Of a stretch of DNA of 64,000 bases, positions 29,666 to 40,482 are shown piece by piece (the first letter of the stretch is position 1; the number at the start of each line of letters is the position of its first letter). Source of the stretch: Spirochaetia bacterium (GTDB lineage Bacteria; Spirochaetota; Spirochaetia; DSM-2461); NCBI GenBank assembly GCA_963666985.2, contig CAXXIA010000001.1, positions 1,440,001-1,504,000 on the forward strand. Reading direction: 5' to 3'. The notes beneath the pieces were generated by a model, which was not told where the DNA came from, did not search any database, and saw only the letters and a program-made list of their open reading frames with translations. The position numbers and the translations under genes are program-made.

Positions 29666-29713
29666 ACTTTATTAGTGAGATTCTTCATGATAACGGCTTG
29701 TTAAATCTTTATT

Positions 29714-31768
29714 TCAGCAGCTCTTAAACCCGTCGATATCCTTGAAATCGATGTTCCGAACCGTCCCGTCGGCCAGAGTAATCCGCGCGCCCAAGGCCGA
29801 TCCGGTCGGTGTTATTTCCATGATACGCAAATCCCTGATGGGAGAAAGTTCCGCTTCGCTCCAGTCCGAATCGTCGGTTCGGTGCAGCATCACCGTAATC
29901 ATCAGTTCCATCGCCGGGTTCTTGGCGATTCGTTTCTTCCGCGCATAAAGAACCGTGCTCTCATCGGCCTCGGCGTTTTTTCCCTGATGCACCAGGGCGT
30001 CAATTTCGTCCCAGCCGCCGTAAGCCATAAAGGCCAAACTTCTCCCCGGGATAGACGCCGTAAGGCCGCGGCGCCGTTCATCTTCGAACCGCCGCACCAC
30101 CGCCTGCTTGCCGCCCGGATGAGGGAGTCCGAAATGGCCCAGGGTCAGCTCATGTTCGAACGCCAGCCGGGATCGATCCACTCTCACCACTCCCCCGTCT
30201 ATCGGGAACTCGGCCAAATCGATGATGTATCCCACCCCGTTGTTCGGCGGACGGCGCATAATGGCCTGCCGGTACACCACCCCGTTACGGGTTCCGTTGT
30301 AGAGAATGCTCTCGGCTCCGGTGAAGGCTCGGTTCGCCTCGGCGTCGTTGCCCACCTTGATGCCGGTCAGATAAAAGTTCACATCCTCACCCCGCAAATC
30401 GCGGGGATCCAGACTGCGGAAGGTGTATTCCATGGCGCTTCCGCCGGCCGGATTCCGATCTTCCCAGGGAAAATGGGTGTTATAGACAAGCTTTCCGTAA
30501 TTCGGATCGTTGTAGTACACCTTGCCCGGAATGATTTCGGAGGTTCCTGTTTTCCCGTGGTTCATGAGGATAAGACCGGGCTGATCCAGCACCGTCTGGC
30601 GGGATTTTTCTCCGAGATCGGGCCAAAAACCTTCGTTCTCCACGGCCGTCCAAAAGGGCGCGTCTTCCGGCAGAGCCAGGGCGATGAACGGCAGGAACAT
30701 GAGGAAAGGGCTTCCCGGGCAGCTGTAGTTCTGCAAAACAAACTCCCGGTGACCGTAGAATCCCAAGGAAGGAACGTCGTTAACGAAGAAATCTTCCCGG
30801 GAAACGAACTGCAAAAGAGATCCGGTGCAAAGTCTCCGCGCGAATCCCGGATCCAGCGGCTGATGACCTTTGAGCATGAATGAAACGGTAAAGCCTCCGG
30901 AGATCCAAGTACGGTAGCAGATACTCCTGGCCCACATCGTGATAAATCCGTTCCGAGCGAAGAAGTTGGTGTAGGTCTTCATCAGGCTCTGGGCTGTGGC
31001 CTCCACGGCCGCGGCGATTTGGGGATAATGCTCATCACCGTAGGCCCGATTCCAGATGGTCATGTACACAACGAATAGACTGATGGTGTAGTAGTTATAG
31101 GTCTGCTCCAGATACCATCCGTCGCCCGAGTGGTGGGAGGTTACCCAAAGCAGATGGTCCTTCAGAAGCTGTTCGTCGATTTCATACCCTTCCATCTGCA
31201 AAAAAGAGAGCGTGCAGATATTGAAAATACGCCAGTTGTTCTGGGTGGTTCGGTGGTGAGCCCATTTGGAAATACACGGGACCATGGCGTCCTTTTCTTC
31301 CCGGGTGTACTTGTTCCACACATCGGGCAAGAGCAGAAAGGTCTTGAAAAGGCCGCCGAACTCACAAGTGTACTGGTAGGTGGCGTCCGGAAGGTCTTCG
31401 GGCAGAGGCAGAGAGTTCGCGTTTCCCGGAGTGAAGGTCCGATAAAACTGACGGCGGTAATACTCCATCAGCGGGATGCCCCGGATTTCCACGTCCGGTT
31501 CGATATGGATAAGAGGCGCCGCGATGGTAAAGGAGCGTTCCAGCGCTTCGAATTCATGCGAGCGGTACCGCCAAGGCGGATCTCCGGGCTGGGGATAGGT
31601 TTTTCCCTCAACGATGGGCAGAATCATAGGCGCATCAAGATCCGGAACATGCGTAAAAGCCCTATCGAGCAGATATTCGGCCAGTTCTCTATAATGTTCC
31701 CGCGTCATGCCCGTAAAGGGACTTAATTCGAAATCGGGATTCAGCGGCGTGTAAGCTTTCTTTTGCAT
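29714..31768 (-). CDS. DUF2264 domain protein (putative glycan-active enzyme)
   Basis: SPFTGMTREH, EALERSF, NNWRIF, GDGWY, WARSICYR, QNYSCPGSP, PEDAPFWT; no signal peptide. Confidence 0.8.
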   Translation of the reverse strand: MQKKAYTPLNPDFELSPFTGMTREHYRELAEYLLDRAFTHVPDLDAPMILPIVEGKTYPQPGDPPWRYRSHEFEALERSFTIAAPLIHIEPDVEIRGIPLMEYYRRQFYRTFTPGNANSLPLPEDLPDATYQYTCEFGGLFKTFLLLPDVWNKYTREEKDAMVPCISKWAHHRTTQNNWRIFNICTLSFLQMEGYEIDEQLLKDHLLWVTSHHSGDGWYLEQTYNYYTISLFVVYMTIWNRAYGDEHYPQIAAAVEATAQSLMKTYTNFFARNGFITMWARSICYRTWISGGFTVSFMLKGHQPLDPGFARRLCTGSLLQFVSREDFFVNDVPSLGFYGHREFVLQNYSCPGSPFLMFLPFIALALPEDAPFWTAVENEGFWPDLGEKSRQTVLDQPGLILMNHGKTGTSEIIPGKVYYNDPNYGKLVYNTHFPWEDRNPAGGSAMEYTFRSLDPRDLRGEDVNFYLTGIKVGNDAEANRAFTGAESILYNGTRNGVVYRQAIMRRPPNNGVGYIIDLAEFPIDGGVVRVDRSRLAFEHELTLGHFGLPHPGGKQAVVRRFEDERRRGLTASIPGRSLAFMAYGGWDEIDALVHQGKNAEADESTVLYARKKRIAKNPAMELMITVMLHRTDDSDWSEAELSPIRDLRIMEITPTGSALGARITLADGTVRNIDFKDIDGFKSC

Positions 31769-32066
31769 GATACTCTCTCATCCTTTCCAATTTAAAATGC
31801 CGGATTTCGTTTTCAATTATGATTCTCACCATCGATCGATTTCCGTCACGGACCTGTATTTCCGTTCCGGTTGTCCCTGCGGATATCTATTAGCCAATTA
31901 TGACACGACTTTCCGCCGCCGGTTCCAAAACTTCCCGATCGGCATAATCTCCGGCGAATCATTACGGATTCCGCGAACTGCCGTGAGTTCATATAAGAAA
32001 TCTTACGAATTATTCCTCGTATTTTATTCCCGTGCTTTGGATAAATTACGATAATGCTCCGGAATA

Positions 32067-34001
32067 TTACGATTTTGTCGGAGAGAGAGTCTTATCACGC
32101 CGAAATTCCTTCGCGGAAACGCCGCTGACCTTTTTGAAGGTACTGCTGAAGTAATTCGGATTGCCGAATCCAACCTCATAGGAAATTTCAGTGATATTTT
32201 TATTCGTGTTCTGAAGCAGTTCCTTGGATCGTTCAATCCGAATCCTTGTGAGATATTCTACGAACGTGGAATTCGTTTCCTGCTTAAAGAGTGAAAGAAA
32301 ATACGAGGAACTGATAAACAGTTCCTTAGCCACATCTTTATAACCGATTTGCGAGGCATATCGGCTGTTGATAATGTCCTTGGCCTTTTCGACAATCATA
32401 CTCGAACGGGTTTTTCGTATTTTCGAAATAAATTGTACGACATTTTGCACGATCTCAGTCAGCCACCGGGAAGCCGTTTCATATGAGCTGATACGGTCGA
32501 CATCGGAAAGCCATTCCTTCACGATGGAATTCAGCTTTTCCTCATCCCCTCCGGCCGTAATGGCCGTATCAAGAAAAGCTCCGATCAATTCGTAGAGCCG
32601 GATTTTCAGCGACTCAGGATTACTCTCGATAAACGGCCCGAAAGCCTTGAGGAACTCATGAAGGGCCGTAAGACTTTCCCCCTGATTCCCCAACTTTATC
32701 GACGAAAGAAGTCTCATCTTCTCGGTCGTCGGATACTTCGGTCCGGATTTCAGATTATCCCGGATATTATCGATATGAATAACGGAGCACTCGGGAAGAT
32801 TCGCGGCATTTTCCAAAGCATGTTTCGCTTCCTGATATGACGTATGAAGGTCCGCGATATCGATCCGGCTTCGTCCTATTCCTATCGCCGTTCGAAAGCC
32901 GGTCTCTCCATAAATAGTCCGCTGGAGATGCTCGAACAGCTCCATTTCATTCATATCAATCAGCTTAAAAGAAGTCTTAAGGTTCAGAACAATACCGATC
33001 TTCCGATCATCCAATGGAATCGGCAGATAATTCTTGCTTCCGATTAAATCGTCGAGAACTCTTCCGCAAATTTTCGTTACGGACTCAAGAGCTCCCAGTT
33101 CATAGCCTTCCTCGAACTCCGGATTTTTCATCATGATAATGGAAAACGTGTCCGGCTTTTCAGATTTTCCCAGACAGACAAAAAGTTCGGTTAATTTCTT
33201 GCATGAATTTTTACTGAAGGCGACATTCTGAATAATGTCTTCCTTAATAATGGGAACAAGCTTTTCATAGTTGTTGTAAAGCTCCCGAATGTCGCTGACG
33301 ACACCGGCGCCGAAGAGCATCGCGCTGAATATGGACGTGAAATAATACAGCCACCACTGTTTCGTAAAAGAACCGATGGTGAACATCAGCGCAAAAAGGA
33401 AAAAACCGCTGTTAAAAAGCATAACCTTGTCTCGAAGATAAACCTTCCAGGGTTTGCCTTTCTTGCCGGCAATCAAACGGTAAGAAGAATTGGCAACCAG
33501 CAGGAGACCGATAAGCACCTGAAGGGCGATGGTTACCTCTCTGCCGTAGAAAGGCGGAGTTTTTGTCGGCGTATAGCCGTCGTAAGCAATGGTATCGCCC
33601 AGTGAGAAAACCGGATAACTGCCCTTCGTTCCCAAAGTATTAAAAACGATATAGACGATTGCGAAAAAAAATCCGATCAGGAAAATCCCGACTTTATAGT
33701 GAGAACCCTGCTGATCGCCGAAATAGGCCGAGGCGATGGTAATCGTTGTTATCGTGAAGGTACAGAAAATGAGCATTCGGATATTCACGATAATCATCGG
33801 AATCGGATATACCCCCAACAGAAGCTGAAGAGGCCGGCCGAAAAGAAAAAGACTGAACGATAAAAGGAATCCAACGAAATAAATAAAAGACGGCGCCTTT
33901 GAATGAAAGACCGTAACGAAATAGATGAAAAAAATGAAGAAAAAGAGGCCGGTAATCGCCGGTACGATGATATTGGACGCGATGAGAAAACCTTCGGACA
34001 T
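32067..34001 (-). CDS. Membrane-anchored AraC family regulator (multi-TM sensor, linker, HTH)
   Basis: About 7 hydrophobic segments in the first ~235 aa; AIGIG.....DL..SYQEA..AL linker; C-terminal SYFLSLFKQET...VGF.NPNYFS..FKK..G.S. Confidence 0.88.
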   Translation of the reverse strand: MSEGFLIASNIIVPAITGLFFFIFFIYFVTVFHSKAPSFIYFVGFLLSFSLFLFGRPLQLLLGVYPIPMIIVNIRMLIFCTFTITTITIASAYFGDQQGSHYKVGIFLIGFFFAIVYIVFNTLGTKGSYPVFSLGDTIAYDGYTPTKTPPFYGREVTIALQVLIGLLLVANSSYRLIAGKKGKPWKVYLRDKVMLFNSGFFLFALMFTIGSFTKQWWLYYFTSIFSAMLFGAGVVSDIRELYNNYEKLVPIIKEDIIQNVAFSKNSCKKLTELFVCLGKSEKPDTFSIIMMKNPEFEEGYELGALESVTKICGRVLDDLIGSKNYLPIPLDDRKIGIVLNLKTSFKLIDMNEMELFEHLQRTIYGETGFRTAIGIGRSRIDIADLHTSYQEAKHALENAANLPECSVIHIDNIRDNLKSGPKYPTTEKMRLLSSIKLGNQGESLTALHEFLKAFGPFIESNPESLKIRLYELIGAFLDTAITAGGDEEKLNSIVKEWLSDVDRISSYETASRWLTEIVQNVVQFISKIRKTRSSMIVEKAKDIINSRYASQIGYKDVAKELFISSSYFLSLFKQETNSTFVEYLTRIRIERSKELLQNTNKNITEISYEVGFGNPNYFSSTFKKVSGVSAKEFRRDKTLSPTKS

Positions 34002-34096
34002 GGCTCATCGTATCATATCGAAATTGACAATGCCGATCAAAAGTTGACTTTTAGAAACAAGAGTTATCAATATTTTTCGGAAATCGCAATGAACTC

Positions 34097-34146
34097 TTGA
34101 CGCCTATAGGCTCTCGTGAGTATATTCCCGATAATACAATGTATTA
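34097..34146 (+). promoter_or_regulatory. znuACB promoter with 7-1-7 palindromic operator (Zur/Fur-type candidate)
   Basis: TTGACG-18 bp-TATATT, then perfect TAATACA-A-TGTATTA at 34132-34146 just before the RBS. Confidence 0.6.
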
Positions 34147-34161
34147 CCAGGAGTGTATTAT

Positions 34162-35055
34162 ATGAAAAAGACTCTTTTATCAGTCGTTCTGCTGTTATCG
34201 GCGGCAGCTATATTCGCCGGAGGTTCCGGAGAATCCGCAGCACCGGCTACGGAACCTGTCAAGGTTTTTGCCTCCATTCTTCCACAGCAGTATTTTCTTG
34301 AACGAATCGGCGGCGAGAGAATAGAAACAAGCATTATGGTACTTCCCGGGAAAAGCCCGGCGACCTATTCCCCTACGCCGCAACAGGTTACCGCGCTGGG
34401 AGAAGCGGATGTTTTTTTCACCATCGGTGTCCCCTTTGAGGAGGCCTTTATTCCCACAATAGAGAAAAGTCTTCCGAACTTGTTAATCGCCGATACCTCT
34501 CAAGGAATAGAAAAACGATCCCTCGGTGGTCATGATCATGATGATAATGCTCCCGGTCACGGCGAAGGGATGCCGGATCCGCATATCTGGATGTCTCCTA
34601 TTTTGGTAAAACACCAAGCCGAAATCATGGCAAAAACTCTTTCGGAAATTGACCCTGAAGGTCGAGACTATTATGCGGAAAATCTTAAATCTTTCAGCAA
34701 GGATTTGGATGATTTGAACACATCTCTGGCCGAAAGCTTTGCTCCTTACAAAGGGGAAACCTTCTTTGTTTATCATCCTGCTTTCGGATACTTGGCCGAT
34801 TTGTATGATCTGACTCAGGAAGCCATCGAAACCGGAGGAAAAGAGCCGAAACCCGCTCAATTGGAACAAATCATCGAACACGCTCGGGAAGAAGGCGTTC
34901 ATGTCATTTTCGTTCAGCCCGAATTTCCGGCCGACAGCGCTCAGGCCGTCGCCGACGCCATTGACGGCACGGTTGTTCCCGTTGCACCTTTGAATCCGGA
35001 TTACATAAACAACTTGAAATCCATCGCCGAAGCGATCAAGACTGCAATGGAATGA
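34162..35055 (+). CDS. znuA: Zinc ABC transporter substrate-binding protein
   Basis: His-rich loop HDHDD..GHG, DPHIW, YHPAFGY, IFVQP. Start moved to ATG 34162. Confidence 0.9.
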   Translation: MKKTLLSVVLLLSAAAIFAGGSGESAAPATEPVKVFASILPQQYFLERIGGERIETSIMVLPGKSPATYSPTPQQVTALGEADVFFTIGVPFEEAFIPTIEKSLPNLLIADTSQGIEKRSLGGHDHDDNAPGHGEGMPDPHIWMSPILVKHQAEIMAKTLSEIDPEGRDYYAENLKSFSKDLDDLNTSLAESFAPYKGETFFVYHPAFGYLADLYDLTQEAIETGGKEPKPAQLEQIIEHAREEGVHVIFVQPEFPADSAQAVADAIDGTVVPVAPLNPDYINNLKSIAEAIKTAME

Positions 35056-35813
35056 AGAAAACAATCGGTGACAGTGAAAACGGAATCATTTCGGCCCGGC
35101 ATCTCTCATTCTCTTACGGGAAACACAGAATCTTTGATGATGTCGGATTCACCATATACGAGAAGGATTATGTAACGATTCTCGGCCCGAACGGCGGAGG
35201 CAAATCAACCCTGGCGAAACTGATCGTCGGGCTCTTGGAACCGGAATCCGGAACCATCCGGATTCGAGGAAATCTTCCGAGAAACGCGGGCCATCTTATC
35301 GGATATGTACCCCAGTATATAAACTTCGACGTGAATTTCCCCATCACCGTCACCGATACCGTTCTCATGGGCTGTTTGAACAGATACCGCGGATTCTATA
35401 CAAAAGAGCAGCGAAGCGATGCCGCGGCCGCTTTGGAATCCGTCGGCCTGGAAGACATGAGACATGCCGCCTTCTCCGAGATTTCAGGCGGACAGCGGCA
35501 GCGTGTTCTGATTGCCCGGGCCTTAGTGGCAAAACCGGATTTATTAATACTTGATGAACCGACGGCGGGCATCGATGCCGCCGTGGAAAAAGACCTGAGC
35601 GGTCTTCTTTCGCGATTTCATGAAACCATGACCATTATCATGGTTACCCACGATCTTGGGTTTGTTGAAAAATCGGTTTCCCGGGTTCTCTGCGTGAATA
35701 ACGGAGTGGCCGAGCATCCGGTGGAAGACATCAACGAATCGCTGATTCTTTCCGCTTACGGCCATGACGTGAAATCGGTTCGCCACGACATACATATGGA
35801 AAAAAGAAAATGA
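35052..35813 (+). CDS. znuC: Zinc ABC transporter ATP-binding protein
   Basis: GPNGGGKS, IGYVPQ, SGGQRQR, LDEPT, VTHD. Confidence 0.9.
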   Translation: MKKTIGDSENGIISARHLSFSYGKHRIFDDVGFTIYEKDYVTILGPNGGGKSTLAKLIVGLLEPESGTIRIRGNLPRNAGHLIGYVPQYINFDVNFPITVTDTVLMGCLNRYRGFYTKEQRSDAAAALESVGLEDMRHAAFSEISGGQRQRVLIARALVAKPDLLILDEPTAGIDAAVEKDLSGLLSRFHETMTIIMVTHDLGFVEKSVSRVLCVNNGVAEHPVEDINESLILSAYGHDVKSVRHDIHMEKRK

Positions 35814-36640
35814 ACGAATTTATCCGGGCCATCGCCAATCCTGAGGTTCCCTTCATTCGATTCGCCCTGCTGGCCGGGATTCTTTCCAGTGCCGGATTCG
35901 GTATGGTCGGCTCTCTGGTGGTTGTAAAACGAATAACCTACATTGCCGGAGCCGTGAGCCACGCGACTCTCGCCGGACTGGGATTCGCCATTTATATGAA
36001 TGAAGTTCATGGAACGAATTTCCGCCCGCTCATGGGCGCGGTCGCCGCGGCCTTGATATCGGCGCTCATCATTGCTCTTGTCTCCCGGCAAAAACGGGAA
36101 CGGGAAGACACCATCATCGGCACCATCTGGGCGGTGGGAATGGCGTTAGGTCTCATTTTCATTTCCATTACACCCGGTTATGTCGATCCCATGAGCTATC
36201 TGTTCGGAAACATCCTTCTTTTAACCGAATCGGATATTATTCTCATCCTGATTCTCGATGTTCTCGTCGTTATCTCCATCCTTCTTTTTTACAATCAATT
36301 TCAAGCCGTCGCCTTTGATGAAGAATTCGCCCGTGCCCGCGGAATCAATACAGGCTTTTTCGAAATTTATCTCATTCTCCTAACGGCCCTTACCGTCGTT
36401 CTGATGGTATCGACCGTCGGAATTGTAATGGTTATCGCTTTGTTAACCATTCCGGCGGCGGTCGCGGACATGCTGACCCGGCGCCTTTGGAAAATGATGC
36501 TCCTGAGCATCCTATTCTGCATGATCTTCAATACGGCGGGACTGGCGGCAAGTTATTCTCTTGATCTCCCTACCGGGCCTACGACGATCATTCTGGCCGG
36601 AGCGGTGTACTTGATTTTAAAAATTACTTTAAAAAGGTGA
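35810..36640 (+). CDS. znuB: Zinc ABC transporter permease
   Basis: AVSHATLAG, EDTIIG, SYLFGNIL, FDEEFA; multiple TM segments. Confidence 0.9.
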   Translation: MNEFIRAIANPEVPFIRFALLAGILSSAGFGMVGSLVVVKRITYIAGAVSHATLAGLGFAIYMNEVHGTNFRPLMGAVAAALISALIIALVSRQKREREDTIIGTIWAVGMALGLIFISITPGYVDPMSYLFGNILLLTESDIILILILDVLVVISILLFYNQFQAVAFDEEFARARGINTGFFEIYLILLTALTVVLMVSTVGIVMVIALLTIPAAVADMLTRRLWKMMLLSILFCMIFNTAGLAASYSLDLPTGPTTIILAGAVYLILKITLKR

Positions 36641-36742
36641 TCTCAAAAATTGGTTCTTTTTGAAACGAAACCCCTCTCAAGCGGTTTCTGAGGAGTTTCA
36701 ACTCTCGGATTGAAGTAATTTCATGAATGATGAAATTGCCTT
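36635..36742 (+). repeat. 108-bp three-hairpin repeat, copy A
   Basis: Ungapped manual alignment to the reverse complement of 47897-48004 gives 82/108 identities. Confidence 0.85.
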
Positions 36743-36833
36743 AAAAGAGCAAACGTTCCTGATCGGCAAAGCCCGCGTTCAGCGGCCATGTTGACGCAGG
36801 CTTTGTTTCATCAAACTTTTTCTTCCTTCATCC

Positions 36834-37868
36834 TCACATCAAGGAGCGAAAGAACTCCATATCGGTGTCCATCACATGGTAGAAACTTCCGGAAATATTA
36901 TGATCTTCTCCGGGATATTCGTAAAATCGATAGTCGGCCCCGACATAATCCAGCCAATGAGTAAGAGATACGCTCCACTCAAAGGGGACCGATTCATCCG
37001 CGGTTCCGTGATGGATCAGTATCGGTACGTTAACGGAATCCATATACGGACTAAGCGACAGACTTTCATACTGATCCGGAGTAAATTCCTTATCCAGACG
37101 ACTTTGAAACAGCTCTCGGCTTTCAGGTCTGCGGCCGACGAAATACATGATATTCTCCGGAAAATCCTCCGACATACCGGCCCACAAGGTCGCGGCCTTG
37201 ATTCTCTGTTTTTGGTCGACCATCAGCATCCGCAGCGCCACTTCGCCTCCCATGGAATGACCGTAGAGAAAGACGTTTCCTGTATCGGCATCGGGGATTT
37301 CAGCAAGTCCGGCAAGAAGGTTGAGAGTATCGATCGTATAATCGAAAATCCAGGATGCCGTCATTTCGCTCTGCCCTTCGGAACGGCCGTGCCCCCGATA
37401 ATCGGGTTTGACGACAAGGAATCCTCCTTTCGCGTAATACCGACTGACCAAGCGGTAGTTGTCCGCGGTGGAATAATATTCCGGCGGTATATGTCCGTGA
37501 GCCAGAAGAATCACCGGCCATCCGCCTTCGGGAGGCGAACCTTTGGGCCGTTCGATTAATCCGTAAACCTTGTATCCGTCGGAAACATAGGAAAACTCCC
37601 GAGCATACAGCCCCTCTTCCGCGGGGAGAACGTTCAGCAGAGTCAAATCGACGGCCGAATAGTTCCTTTCCCTCATCCCCGGAACACTCAGCGGATGAGA
37701 AACCGGCGACGAATCGCGCGATTCCCCGGCGTCAGTTTCCGCCTCCGCTGAAAGAACGGATGATTCGGAAACGGATAGGGACTCGCCTTCCCTGCAGCCG
37801 GCGAAAAATATGCAGAAGGAAACCGCCGCTATAAAAATACGGAGTCTCCCGCTTTTGTGAATATTCAT
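36834..37868 (-). CDS. Alpha/beta hydrolase (S9 peptidase-like) lipoprotein
   Basis: FAGC lipobox, PDYRGHG, GHSMGG nucleophile elbow, HGTADESV, GEDH. Start moved to ATG 37868 after GGAG. Confidence 0.85.
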   Translation of the reverse strand: MNIHKSGRLRIFIAAVSFCIFFAGCREGESLSVSESSVLSAEAETDAGESRDSSPVSHPLSVPGMRERNYSAVDLTLLNVLPAEEGLYAREFSYVSDGYKVYGLIERPKGSPPEGGWPVILLAHGHIPPEYYSTADNYRLVSRYYAKGGFLVVKPDYRGHGRSEGQSEMTASWIFDYTIDTLNLLAGLAEIPDADTGNVFLYGHSMGGEVALRMLMVDQKQRIKAATLWAGMSEDFPENIMYFVGRRPESRELFQSRLDKEFTPDQYESLSLSPYMDSVNVPILIHHGTADESVPFEWSVSLTHWLDYVGADYRFYEYPGEDHNISGSFYHVMDTDMEFFRSLM

Positions 37869-37968
37869 AAAGCTCCATTCTCCAAGTTCGATAGGGAAGA
37901 GGCCTGCCTGTCTGCCGCAGCACTTCCGCCTTACGCAGTCCTTACAAATCGGCATCGGAAATCTTCCC

Positions 37969-38943
<975 letters not shown>

Positions 38944-39044
38944 CTAAAATCTGATACAAGGATTCTTTATATCGGTCTTTCGTTTCTTCGCGGCATGATG
39001 TCTTTAGAAATCGTGACTTGAATGCTAATAAAATAAGGGCGAAA

Positions 39045-39094
39045 AAAAATGTCCATTCCGATTTATTAATTGCCTATTCGTCCAATTGATCTTG
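39045..39094. repeat. 50-bp direct repeat copy 1 (candidate AraC operator)
   Basis: 49/50 identical to 46481-46530; about 110 bp upstream of the aldo/keto reductase start. Confidence 0.9.
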
Positions 39095-39162
39095 TGTTCC
39101 GGTCGGATATCCCCCCCATTTGTGCATAATCCGGGATTCGACGGCTTCGTCCGTGCCATAAA

Positions 39163-39789
39163 TCACCAAGACGCATATCCGATTTCCTTAAGCCACCGAA
39201 CGATATCTTGTTCGGCATTCTTAACATTCCCTCCGCGAATCGCCAGTCCCTCCGCGATTGTCGCTTGAGGAACAAGACGGCGCAGATCGCGTACGCTCCT
39301 TCCCAACCCGCTTCCCTCGTGAGTGCAGAACGGTACTACGATTTTTCCGGAAAAATCATATTCTTCCAGGAACGTGAACACGGCCATGGGGAGCGTTCCC
39401 CACCAGTTTGGATATCCGATGAAAATGGTTTCGTATCGCTCCATGTCGGCCACGTGATTTGTGAGCCGCGGCCGTTCATTTCCGTTTTGTTCGATTCTCG
39501 CCAAGTTCGTTGTGTCTCCGTACCCGGCGGGATAAACCTTTTCGGTGAGGATCTGATGTAAGGTTCCCCCAACACGATCGTGTATCATCCTCGCGGCGAG
39601 AATCGTGTTTCCATCGGGAAGACTGGCCGACGACACGGCATCAACCCGATCGAAAGATTCGGAAATTCCTACTCGTGAAAAATACACAATCAAGATTTCG
39701 CCTGATCGGCTTCCGGAATCCTGTCCCCATAAATTCACTGAAGTCAGGAACACACCGATTACCGCGATTAAAAAAATGACTTTTTTCAT
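39163..39789 (-). CDS. Flavodoxin with N-terminal signal peptide
   Basis: IVYFSR, GNT, IGYPNWWGT, PFCTHEGSG; hydrophobic leader MKKVIFLIAVIGVFL. Confidence 0.88.
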   Translation of the reverse strand: MKKVIFLIAVIGVFLTSVNLWGQDSGSRSGEILIVYFSRVGISESFDRVDAVSSASLPDGNTILAARMIHDRVGGTLHQILTEKVYPAGYGDTTNLARIEQNGNERPRLTNHVADMERYETIFIGYPNWWGTLPMAVFTFLEEYDFSGKIVVPFCTHEGSGLGRSVRDLRRLVPQATIAEGLAIRGGNVKNAEQDIVRWLKEIGYASW

Positions 39790-39795
39790 TCTACT

Positions 39796-40482
39796 TTATC
39801 CTTTCAACTTTAATGGGATTGCACTCAAGACTCTCGAACAGCCGAACCCGATAAAAATCCAGAATCCCATCATGGAGAGATATTCCGCAAGGAATAACGA
39901 AAAAGACCGTTCCGGATCGAAAAAAACGAACGTGTTCTTGAGAAACATATACGAAATCACATTCGTCTTGATTATTGTGTAGAAGCCGTATGCAGCGATT
40001 GCGGCGGCCGGCAGCCGGACGGCAACAGACCGGATCGTTGACTTAGCCTTATGACTTCTTGTCGTTGAAAATACTCCCCTCACCATATTCCCGTGCATTC
40101 CCAAATGAATGTTCATGAATGCAAATCCCCAATAGGCGCAGAAAAGATGCACGATTCTCGCGGCCGCCATTCCCTTCTCGAATCCGAGTCCCGCAAAGAC
40201 ATACTTCGACATAACGATTCCGCTGCCCAGAGAACCCATCATCAGAATAAGGAGGAGTGCGTTGACCAGTGTCCGGCAGCATCTGAGCGGTGAATACCGT
40301 CCCCTGAAGAGATTCAGATACCATCGATAATTCAGGGCGTTATGGACAAGGAAGAATATACCCATAAAAATCCCCAGGCACTCATGAACATTTTCTCCAA
40401 TCAGCATGTACGCCATAAGCAATGGAAGCAGGATGATCATGAAGGAATCAATCGTTATTTTTATGATCATTTTTGACTTCAT
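39796..40482 (-). CDS. DUF4405-like membrane protein (cytochrome b-like histidines)
   Basis: 5-6 TM segments; VHECLG...LVHNALN and IVH...YWG....IHLGMH His pairs. Confidence 0.75.
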   Translation of the reverse strand: MKSKMIIKITIDSFMIILLPLLMAYMLIGENVHECLGIFMGIFFLVHNALNYRWYLNLFRGRYSPLRCCRTLVNALLLILMMGSLGSGIVMSKYVFAGLGFEKGMAAARIVHLFCAYWGFAFMNIHLGMHGNMVRGVFSTTRSHKAKSTIRSVAVRLPAAAIAAYGFYTIIKTNVISYMFLKNTFVFFDPERSFSLFLAEYLSMMGFWIFIGFGCSRVLSAIPLKLKG

